DNA from: a virus
Taxonomy: Duplodnaviria; Caudoviricetes
Length of the DNA stretch: 53,030 nt
Reading direction: 5' to 3' (one strand)
IMG/VR virus record: IMGVR_UViG_3300032136_000007
Location: 1-53,030 of that record
The translations under genes were made by a program, and so were the position numbers. This document shows positions 45,675-53,030 of this stretch, piece by piece. Each line of letters opens with the position of its first letter. Position 1 is the stretch's first letter. The notes under the pieces are model-generated. The model was not told where the DNA came from. It did no database searches and was given only the letters and a program-made list of their open reading frames with translations.

Positions 45675-47735
45675 ATGTACGACTATGGTCCGCCAGTAGT
45701 GGAAGAGAAGCAGAGCAAGACCGCTGACCTGATTCGGGCTGCTATCGGCCTGGCGCTATTCGTTGGATTGACCGTGGGGATCGTGATGGTGATCAGTCCC
45801 CTGGCTGGCTGGCTGAATCGCAAGTTGTCGACGGGTTGGGAGTTGGAACTACAGCGGGAGCGAGCGCAGCAGTGGCATGAGTTGATCATGATTGGTCAGC
45901 AGGTCGTCATCGCTGTACTGTTGGTCGGGGTTGTGGCATTGATCTTGCTCGGTGTCGTCTCGCTGATTCTCAAGATAGACCGTGCGCGGCGGATGGTCTA
46001 TGCCAAGGATGGCGTCTACCCGGTTGAACGGCGAACGGTTGGCGGTGGCTGGAAGCGTGTGTTGCGCAAGTTGCTGGGCCGGCCTGTCCCGCCGATCCGA
46101 GAGATTGTGATCGATCACAATCTCTCACCAGTCCATGTGCGGGTCTATGGGGATGAAGATGGTCTACTGACTTTTCAGGGTAGTCCAGACTGGCAGGACG
46201 AGCGTAACCGACTCGCTTCTGTCCAGGCAACAAAGCAGGCCCGAAACATTCAGGCGCTGACCCACGGGGGCGGGACACATCTGCATCGACCAACCGCTGG
46301 GGCAATGCGGGCGCTGATGGAGCAACGGCAGCCAAAGCAGATGGGCTATGCTCCAAGTCCACCAGACATCGACGACGACCTACCGGTGCAAATTGTTCAG
46401 CCGACCCTTCTGGAAGCAGTCAAACAATCCGACGATCCTGACGAGTTGGTACTGGCCTATGATCCGGACACGGGCGATCCGGTCTACTGGTCGGTTCGTT
46501 ATGATCCGGGGATGGCTGTTCATGGGGCACAGCGCCAGGGTAAGACCTATCTCGCCCTGGTTCCCATGCTGGCCGCAGCCGCCCAGGACTGGCACGTCAT
46601 CGTCCTGGACCCGGAGGGCGGCAAGGACTTCCGGCCCTTCGCCCACGTGTTCGAGTGGCACGCCACGTCCACACAGATGGTCGTGCCGCAGCTGCAGGTC
46701 ATCATGCAGGAGTTTGACCGTCGCCATGCGCTGCTGGATGAAGCCCAGGTGGGCGACTTCCGGGCGTTGCCGGAAGGCACCCTGCGCCGCACCCTGCTGG
46801 TCATGGAGGAATTCAAGAAACTGCGGGCCAGTATGGATGCCATGACTTTGCGCACCTTCGACGGACTGGTGTCCGAACTAGTGACCCGCGGGGCCAAGGT
46901 GGGGATCTACCTAATGGTCCTTGCCCAGGACAAGGGCAAGGACATGGGTGGATGGCCAGAAACCCTGGACGTCAACCTCACGGGCAAGGCGACCGTGCGC
47001 CAGGGCAAGAAAGGCTACGGGAACGTGGGCTACTTCAATGCCCACAAGCTCGGCCCTCGCGAGGTCGGCTATCAGGACACGGTTGTCAAAGCGTTCGAGG
47101 TGGCCGGCCCCAGTCTCAAGCGACTGGAAGCCCGCATCCGCCCTCCGACCCCGCTCATCCCCGATGACCTGCCGGGGCTTGAATCTCAAAATCAAGACCC
47201 ATTGCCGGGAAGGGAGATCGTGCATGTGCCAGATATTCAAGACGTTGACGAGTCGTTGCAGTGGGACGATGTGGTGGACCAGTGGTTCGCTGCCAACCCG
47301 CAGGCGTTGGAAGGGCCACCCAACGGGATCAACGATCTGGCCCGGACTATCGCCGCGGCGGACGGGTATCCCCCGGACCCGGACCACGTATCGGGATGGC
47401 CGTTCAATTGGCGGCAGAAGCAGTCCGTGGCTCACGAGTACTACCATCGACGCCGGGCACAGCACGAAGCAGGGGAGTGGTCCCCGTCGTCGCCTGCTCA
47501 TGTGGCTGCTACCGAAACGCCTGGGTTGGACAATGCGCCTGGGGACGAGCAATCTGTCCCGGCCCCTGGTCATGGTGCGCCAGAAGCCGAGACAACAGAC
47601 CTGAGCAAGATCGGCACCTACTTGCTGCTGGACTGGCTGGAAACCTATCCTCTGGACAGCGAGGCCGGCCAGCGCATCTATCGAGAGTTGGATCGGCGCA
47701 AGGTGCCCGGTCTGCCCAGGCTGCAAAGCGTGTAG
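45675..47735 (+). CDS. Membrane-anchored FtsK/SpoIIIE/TraB-like ATPase
   Basis: Two N-terminal TM helices; VHGAQRQGKT Walker A, VIVLDPEGG, EFDRRH..L, LLVMEEF Walker B, RGAKVGIYLMVLAQ. Confidence 0.8.
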   Translation: MYDYGPPVVEEKQSKTADLIRAAIGLALFVGLTVGIVMVISPLAGWLNRKLSTGWELELQRERAQQWHELIMIGQQVVIAVLLVGVVALILLGVVSLILKIDRARRMVYAKDGVYPVERRTVGGGWKRVLRKLLGRPVPPIREIVIDHNLSPVHVRVYGDEDGLLTFQGSPDWQDERNRLASVQATKQARNIQALTHGGGTHLHRPTAGAMRALMEQRQPKQMGYAPSPPDIDDDLPVQIVQPTLLEAVKQSDDPDELVLAYDPDTGDPVYWSVRYDPGMAVHGAQRQGKTYLALVPMLAAAAQDWHVIVLDPEGGKDFRPFAHVFEWHATSTQMVVPQLQVIMQEFDRRHALLDEAQVGDFRALPEGTLRRTLLVMEEFKKLRASMDAMTLRTFDGLVSELVTRGAKVGIYLMVLAQDKGKDMGGWPETLDVNLTGKATVRQGKKGYGNVGYFNAHKLGPREVGYQDTVVKAFEVAGPSLKRLEARIRPPTPLIPDDLPGLESQNQDPLPGREIVHVPDIQDVDESLQWDDVVDQWFAANPQALEGPPNGINDLARTIAAADGYPPDPDHVSGWPFNWRQKQSVAHEYYHRRRAQHEAGEWSPSSPAHVAATETPGLDNAPGDEQSVPAPGHGAPEAETTDLSKIGTYLLLDWLETYPLDSEAGQRIYRELDRRKVPGLPRLQSV

Positions 47736-47760
47736 ATTTGAACATCTTTCCGGTTCCCCA

Positions 47761-47789
47761 TTGTATTGACAGAACATTCGTGCTAGAAT
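47761..47789 (+). promoter_or_regulatory. Promoter containing a GAACATTCGTGC box
   Basis: TTGTAT-17-TAGAAT with extended TG; shares its motif with the promoter at 5580. Confidence 0.65.
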
Positions 47790-47796
47790 CTGACCT

Positions 47797-48003
47797 ATGA
47801 GACCCAAGTTGTCATCCGAGGCTATTGAAGCCATTGAAGAGATGTTGAGTCGGGCGGTCCAGGCCTCGCCGGATGGGTTTGCCCAGGTGTGGATGACAAT
47901 TCACCTGGAGCCGGTAGGGGAGGGGCGTTCGGTAGTGCGCCAGTTGTCGCTCAATCCGGTGCCGGGGATGACGGTGCGTCTGCCGAGGAGCAAGCGGGGG
48001 TAG
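47797..48003 (+). CDS. Small, probably leaderless protein (possibly DUF2292/YezD-like)
   Basis: ATG 8 nt after the -10 box; alpha-beta-beta pattern (G.A.V.M.IH). Confidence 0.5.
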   Translation: MRPKLSSEAIEAIEEMLSRAVQASPDGFAQVWMTIHLEPVGEGRSVVRQLSLNPVPGMTVRLPRSKRG

Positions 48004-48259
48004 GTTTAGAGTCTTCTCAACTGAATACGCCTGACAGAAGCCAAGAGGCCGGGGCGCAAGCGGGAGACGATCATCGTCTTCGCTTGTGTCCTGGCCTTCG
48101 TTATTGAGGGTGCACGATGAAACCAGTAGACCCCTACACCCGGGCGGATGGCTGAAGTAAGTTCAGCGACCAACTGCCCTATCTGCTGGACGGTATGATT
48201 GATCGCATCCGCTCGGTTACCGAAGAACCGAGCGGTAAAGTTATAGAAGGGATTATTTG

Positions 48260-49063
48260 ATGGCCGCTAAACAAAAAGAGCAACAGCCAGATTTTACGTT
48301 TGACGTGACGGACGTTGAGATTTGGGATATTGGCAGGGTGATTCCCTATCCGACGAACCCGAAAATTCATGACGACCATGCCGTCGCAGAAATGGCCGGG
48401 ATGATCAAAGAATTTGGTTGGACCTACCCGATCCTCGTGGATGATGAGGGGGTGATTCTGGCTGGCCACAAGCGGCGCAAGGCTGCGATCATGCTAGGGT
48501 TGTCCAGAGTACCAGTCCTGGTCAAGCAAGGGCTGACCAGCGCCCAGAAGCGGGCCTACCGTATTGCAGACAATCGGCTCACGGAGAATAGCCCCTGGGA
48601 CAACAGTGCTTTGATTCTAGAACTGGAAGTGTTTCGAGACGAAACGGGCGGTCTGGAATTTACGGGGTTCACCGACGCCGACCTAAGCAATCTCAAGATT
48701 TTTGAGGACGACGATGAAGCAGGAGAGGGGGAGAACGGTGGCGCTTCCGATGGCTCTCTCTTGGAGTTGATTGATGTCACCATAGACGAGCCGAAACACG
48801 AAGTTAAGCCGGGAGAAGTTTGGGAATGTGGTCGGCATATTCTCGTGTGTGCCGAGGTAGTCGATGGATGGGCGACCTGGGTCTCTTTCCTCGCTGGCGA
48901 TGAAACCCTATTTGCTCCGTATGCTGGACCCTTTGTCCCGTTGAGCTTGAAATCAGAGGTCCACCAAATCGTGATGGTACAACCAGATCCTTACATCGCT
49001 GGCCATATCCTTGATCGGTACAGCGAGGTCAAGGGAGAGGATGTTATCAAGCGGCATGATTAG
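48260..49063 (+). CDS. ParB/Srx N-terminal domain fused to a collapsed methyltransferase-like remnant
   Basis: PYPTNPKIH, IKEFGWTYPILVD..GVILAGHKR..AA, AYRIADNRL; C-terminal GEVWECGRHILVC and DPYIAGHILDRY. Confidence 0.8.
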   Translation: MAAKQKEQQPDFTFDVTDVEIWDIGRVIPYPTNPKIHDDHAVAEMAGMIKEFGWTYPILVDDEGVILAGHKRRKAAIMLGLSRVPVLVKQGLTSAQKRAYRIADNRLTENSPWDNSALILELEVFRDETGGLEFTGFTDADLSNLKIFEDDDEAGEGENGGASDGSLLELIDVTIDEPKHEVKPGEVWECGRHILVCAEVVDGWATWVSFLAGDETLFAPYAGPFVPLSLKSEVHQIVMVQPDPYIAGHILDRYSEVKGEDVIKRHD

Positions 49064-50120
49064 GACTGGGGGAAGTTGGAATCCAGAACAGCGTCAATTG
49101 TACTTCATGGCTGGGAGCTATCCGCAGGAATCCATAATGGTCACGAGAACAGAAACGGATGGAGTTTGGAACCGTGAGCGAAACCAGTATTTTTTGGCCA
49201 CAAATCAAGATATGACAAAACATATCATTCACACAGGCGGTTCATGGTCGGAGGAGCAGAGGAATCGTTATTTCCTGGCTACCGACACCAATAAAACCAT
49301 GGATCTAATGCAGAATGGGCGATTGATCTATCACCATCTTTTGGTTGCGGTCAATGAGATTGACGAACGCACGGAGCAGGTGATGAATCAGGCCAGTAGC
49401 CTTGGGGCGCAATGGTTCATCGATTCAGGAATCTTCAACCTCACCAACGATCACATGCGCGCCCACGGGATTACTATGGATCGGGCCTTGGCCCTGGCCC
49501 CGGAAGAAATCGACGGGTTTGATCTCCTGTTCGAGAAGTACGTTGAGATCCTCAGCCGATGGAAAGACCGATGTTGGGGATACATTGAGCTGGACCAGGG
49601 AGGAAAAGAAAACAAGATCAGGACCAGAACCAAGCTCGAAAAAATGGGCTTCCGTCCAATCCCTGTTTACCATCCTTTCAATGATGGATGGGACTATTTT
49701 GACTACTTGGCAGAGCGGTACGACCGTATTTGTTTTGGGAATGTGGTCCAGGCTAGTAACGCAGTTCGAAAGCGGTTGTTGGCTACCATTTGGCAGCGAA
49801 AGCAGAAGTACCCGGATCTTTGGGTGCATTTGCTGGGTGTCACCCCAAACCAATTCCTCAACGCCTATCCGGTGGATTCGGGAGACTCGTCAAGCTGGCT
49901 CGGGTCGGTTCGGTGGTCAGGATACACACCAAGAGCGGCACTTCGTACGTTCGGGCTGATGCCGAAAAATTTCCAATATGCACTTGGTGAGGTCGATATG
50001 CCGGGCCGGGAATATGCCAAGGCGGTTGCCATGTCCGCCTATGGGTCATCGATGGCGATCCGAGGGTGGCGCAGCTACATTGAGAGATTGAACGAATTCG
50101 GCGTGGAGGTTCATCCATGA
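49056..50120 (+). CDS. dpdA: DpdA / TGT-like deoxyribosyltransferase
   Basis: FIDSG, ELD, PIPVYH, VHLLG and DSSSW TGT-barrel motifs; clustered with queD/queE/folE. Confidence 0.75.
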   Translation: MIRTGGSWNPEQRQLYFMAGSYPQESIMVTRTETDGVWNRERNQYFLATNQDMTKHIIHTGGSWSEEQRNRYFLATDTNKTMDLMQNGRLIYHHLLVAVNEIDERTEQVMNQASSLGAQWFIDSGIFNLTNDHMRAHGITMDRALALAPEEIDGFDLLFEKYVEILSRWKDRCWGYIELDQGGKENKIRTRTKLEKMGFRPIPVYHPFNDGWDYFDYLAERYDRICFGNVVQASNAVRKRLLATIWQRKQKYPDLWVHLLGVTPNQFLNAYPVDSGDSSSWLGSVRWSGYTPRAALRTFGLMPKNFQYALGEVDMPGREYAKAVAMSAYGSSMAIRGWRSYIERLNEFGVEVHP

Positions 50121-50482
50121 ATCAATCTGTGGTCCTCTATGCGGTGGTGCGCTTCACCGTGCCTGGTTTCCACAGGTGGCCGGGAGCGCCAGCGTCTCGA
50201 AGCTATCTCCGCGAGCGGCATCGACACCTGTTTTACATGGAAGTGAAACTGGAGACATTTCACGAGGAACGAGAAGTAGAGTTCCATGACCTCTTGGCTG
50301 AAAGCAAGGATTTGTTCCCAGGTGGAGAGCTTGATGACCGGTCTTGCGAGACGATGGCTAGAACCATGGTAAATCAAATCTCCGGCCTGTACCCAGGCCG
50401 AAGATTGGAGGTTTCGGTTTTCGAGGACAATGAGGTGGGAGCGGTGGTTACAGTAGAACCTCAACGTAACCAGGGCGGGTAA
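50117..50482 (+). CDS. dpdL: DpdL-like T-fold protein (putative CDG decarboxylase)
   Basis: GFHRWP, LRERHRHLF (LxxxHRHxF), REVEF, SCE, VFEDNEVGA. Confidence 0.7.
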   Translation: MNQSVVLYAVVRFTVPGFHRWPGAPASRSYLRERHRHLFYMEVKLETFHEEREVEFHDLLAESKDLFPGGELDDRSCETMARTMVNQISGLYPGRRLEVSVFEDNEVGAVVTVEPQRNQGG

Positions 50483-50840
50483 TCGTAACCGTTCCGCCGA
50501 ACTCGTTGAAGTAAACATACTCGCCGGTCTCGATGTTGAACTCGGTGTCTTCAACTTCGAAGGTTTCGCTGATTTCGTGCTCGAAGAAAACCTGATCGGC
50601 CCAGGCCCAATCGCCGGCGGGCTTAGGAGTGAGTTTCAAGAGCGCCAGCCCACCAGGGCGAAGATGGCGAATCCCGTTGTCGTTGGGGGCGAGTTTCAAT
50701 GTCGGGCTGATAGCTTCGAGCCTCAAGGTGTACAGGTCGCCTTCCTGGTCAGTACATTCCAGAATGGAACCATCAGGGGCGGCGAACCGTGCGCCAATAA
50801 ACAGGTCATTAGGAGTGGCAAATTTGGTGGAGCTAGTCAT
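50448..50840 (-). CDS. Hypothetical protein inserted antisense in the modification cluster
   Basis: AAAGGAG RBS; acidic, beta-rich; overlaps the dpdL 3' end by 35 nt. Confidence 0.7.
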   Translation of the reverse strand: MTSSTKFATPNDLFIGARFAAPDGSILECTDQEGDLYTLRLEAISPTLKLAPNDNGIRHLRPGGLALLKLTPKPAGDWAWADQVFFEHEISETFEVEDTEFNIETGEYVYFNEFGGTVTITRPGYVEVLL

Positions 50841-50981
50841 GGAAATTCTCCTTTGTTGTTTGAAATTGGTAGAGTTGCCTGCACGCCTATTGTCCCATAT
50901 ATTCGCCTAGAAGACTACATTGAATATAGATAAAATAAAGATAAATCTGTGTTTTGTCGTCTTAAATCTGAGGAGGTTGTT

Positions 50982-51377
50982 TTGTACATCATCACTAAGC
51001 AATTCCATTTCAGTGCGGCTCATGCGCTCTATGGGCTGCCTCCGGGACATCAATGTTCAGTCTTCTACCCGGATGGCCGAACAGGGCGCATCCACGGTCA
51101 TAACTATGTCGTGGAGGTGGAGTTATCTGCCGAGGTTGTGGATGCCCTGGGGTTTGTTGTGGACTATGGGGATCTAGCTCCGCTGAAGACCTACATTGAC
51201 CGAGAGCTCGATCACCAGAATCTGAACGAGGTTCTGCGGGCAAAGCTGCCGAATGGACAGACGAGCGCCGAGAATCTTGCTCGCCATTTGTTTGACTGGT
51301 GCCAGGATCGTTGGCCGCAGACCTCGGCGGTGCGGGTGAGCGAGACTCCCAAGACCTGGGCGGAGTATCGGCCATGA
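50982..51377 (+). CDS. queD: 6-carboxytetrahydropterin synthase QueD
   Basis: FSAAH, C...HGHNY, GFVVDYG, LDHQNLN, TSAENLA, VSETPKTWAEY; AGGAGG RBS with TTG start. Confidence 0.93.
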   Translation: MYIITKQFHFSAAHALYGLPPGHQCSVFYPDGRTGRIHGHNYVVEVELSAEVVDALGFVVDYGDLAPLKTYIDRELDHQNLNEVLRAKLPNGQTSAENLARHLFDWCQDRWPQTSAVRVSETPKTWAEYRP

Positions 51378-52066
51378 TGTATCTAGTCAACGACATTTAT
51401 GCAACTGTTCAGGGTGAAGGGGTTCAAACAGGCGTGCCAATGGTCCTCTTGCGCCTCCACGGTTGTGGGGTGGGGTGTCCCTGGTGTGACACCAAGGAGA
51501 CGTGGAGCATCCAGCCGAAGAATGAACTTCTGGTAAAGGAATTGGACCTCTCCCCGATCTTGGGAGCGAATGCCCATTATGCGCGGCTGTCTGGTACGGA
51601 GATTGCCGTCTACATACGGAGGTCGTTCCCGGCCTTTCGTGAGGGATGGGTGTTGGTCACCGGAGGGGAGCCAGCAGACCAGGATCTGAGGGGATTGGTA
51701 TCCGCCCTGCATGATGTTGGCTTTCGTGTTGCCCTGGAAACTAGCGGAACCGCTATGGGCCATGTCAACGCTCGATTTGATTGGGTTTGTGTGTCCCCAA
51801 AGATTGACATGCCGGGCGGACGAACAGTCCTCGGCGCAGCCTTGGCAGAAGCGGACGAAATCAAACAGGTGGTGGGTTCACTAAAAGACCTTGAACGGTT
51901 GGACTCTCTACTAGAAGCACACGGCATGAATCTCAAACTTGGAGTACAGGTATGTCTACAGCCAGTCAGTCAAAGCAAGAAGGCGACAGAACTTTGTCTC
52001 GAAACGGTACAGGAGAAGGGGTGGAGGTTGTCAATCCAGACCCACAAGTACATCGGGGTGTCGTAG
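51374..52066 (+). CDS. queE: 7-carboxy-7-deazaguanine synthase QueE (radical SAM)
   Basis: TVQGEG, RLHGCGVGCPWCDT, VTGGEP, ETSG, VSPK, LQP, WRLSIQTHK. Confidence 0.95.
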   Translation: MMYLVNDIYATVQGEGVQTGVPMVLLRLHGCGVGCPWCDTKETWSIQPKNELLVKELDLSPILGANAHYARLSGTEIAVYIRRSFPAFREGWVLVTGGEPADQDLRGLVSALHDVGFRVALETSGTAMGHVNARFDWVCVSPKIDMPGGRTVLGAALAEADEIKQVVGSLKDLERLDSLLEAHGMNLKLGVQVCLQPVSQSKKATELCLETVQEKGWRLSIQTHKYIGVS

Positions 52067-52602
52067 ATCACGACCGGTTGCTATGGTTGGGCCGGGAAAC
52101 GTTGATCGCTCTGGGCGAAGACCCTGACCGACCCGGATTAGTTGGAACGCCGAGACGTTGGGCGAATATGTGGCGGGAATTCATCGCCTACGACCCTGGC
52201 AAAACGGAGACCGCATTTGAATCGGTCGAGGTAGATCAAATGGTGGTGGTGTCCGGGATGCGAGTGTGGAGCATGTGCGAGCATCACCTGTTGCCATTTT
52301 GGGCGGACATCAGCATTGCGTATATCGCCGGGGAAAAGGTTCTTGGGCTGTCAAAATTTGCCCGCATTGCCCACCAGTTCGCCCACCAACTACAGATTCA
52401 GGAGCGAATGGTCCAGCAGATAGCCGATGAGGTATGTCGGCTTACGGGGTCGGCGGACGTTGCGGTGTTAGCACGAGGTCAACACCTTTGCATGATTATG
52501 AGAGGAATCAAGACGGACGGGTTGATGACCACCTCGGTCATGCGTGGATTGTTCCGGGAGACCGATGCCAGAGCCGAGTTTCTATCTCTGGCCAACAGCT
52601 AA
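51952..52602 (+). CDS. folE: GTP cyclohydrolase I (alternative start GTG 52021)
   Basis: GEDPDRPGL.GTP.R, SMCEHHLLPF, GLSKFAR, LQIQER, HLCMIMRG. Confidence 0.96.
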   Translation: MSTASQSKQEGDRTLSRNGTGEGVEVVNPDPQVHRGVVDHDRLLWLGRETLIALGEDPDRPGLVGTPRRWANMWREFIAYDPGKTETAFESVEVDQMVVVSGMRVWSMCEHHLLPFWADISIAYIAGEKVLGLSKFARIAHQFAHQLQIQERMVQQIADEVCRLTGSADVAVLARGQHLCMIMRGIKTDGLMTTSVMRGLFRETDARAEFLSLANS

Positions 52603-52639
52603 GACCTCATGGATAACCGGATCACCCCTTGGATGAAAC

Positions 52640-53030
52640 ATGGGCCAATGCACAGCCAAGTCCAAACGCAGCGGCGAGCGATGCAAGAACAATGCCATGA
52701 AAGGCAAGACGGTCTGCCATATCCATGGCGGCAAGTCGCTGTCCGGGCCGGCCTCACCATCCTTCAAGACGGGGCGGTACAGCAAGTTCCTGCCGTCCCG
52801 CCTGGCCGACCGCTACCAGGAGGCGCGCACGGACGACGAGCTGCTCAGCCTGCGGGAAGAGATTGCGTTGCTGGATGCGCGTATGGCGGATTTGCTGGGC
52901 CAGGTCAGCACGGGCGAGGCGGGAGAACATTGGCGCAAACTGAACGATCTCTACCAGTTCATCTTGCGGGCAGGGCGCTCCAAGGACACGGAAGGGCTCA
53001 ATACGGGGATGGCCCGGATGGGCACGGTGT
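52640..53030 (+). CDS. terS: Terminase small subunit, N-terminal part (HGGxSTG-like motif), runs off the window
   Basis: MGQCTAKSKRSGERCKNNAMKGKTVCHIHGGKS...FKTGRYSK...LLSLREEIALLDAR; no stop before 53030. Confidence 0.75.
   Translation, partial: MGQCTAKSKRSGERCKNNAMKGKTVCHIHGGKSLSGPASPSFKTGRYSKFLPSRLADRYQEARTDDELLSLREEIALLDARMADLLGQVSTGEAGEHWRKLNDLYQFILRAGRSKDTEGLNTGMARMGTV

Noticed and set aside
48257-52602. Queuosine tRNA-modification (auxiliary metabolic) pathway
   Set aside because: No queC, queF or queA; the ParB/terminase context and the DpdL-like gene point to DNA modification.

Overview
The window looks like a nearly complete, circularly permuted genome (about 53 kb, GC-rich) of a temperate tailed phage, probably a siphovirus since no sheath gene is visible. 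The host may be a Chloroflexota or another monoderm, but that is inference only. The terminase small subunit is split across the two ends of the window. Gene order on the + strand: GpA-type terminase, a portal fused to a minor-head domain, protease/scaffold, decoration protein, major capsid, head-tail genes, tail tube, a -1 frameshifted tail chaperone, tape measure and tail-tip/fibre genes. The lysis position holds an unusual cassette: a holin-like protein, a stand-alone CheY-like receiver and a membrane-anchored CHAT-like protein, with no recognisable endolysin. A leftward early region follows (DUF5131, HAD phosphatase, DUF3150-like, Ycf46-like AAA+ with DUF2997/DUF1257-like partners, an MTase-like protein, a Gp3/RDF-like protein). 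Next come an HTH repressor, an attP matching the 3' half of tRNA-Pro(GGG) and a tyrosine integrase. The rightward replication block has an initiator with five iterons, RecU, ParA, DUF3102, a SleB-like hydrolase and a membrane FtsK/TraB-like ATPase. Just before terS sits a ParB-linked 7-deazaguanine DNA-modification cluster (DpdA/TGT-like, DpdL-like, QueD, QueE, FolE, no QueC), predicted to make 7-deazaguanine (dDG). Non-coding highlights: a promoter-to-terminator structured RNA of about 180 nt upstream of the head operon, a shared late-promoter motif resembling a LexA box, a repeated AAAGATA operator at near-consensus sigma70 promoters, and a second pseudoknot-like RNA candidate. All family assignments come from motif recognition by eye, not from database searches.
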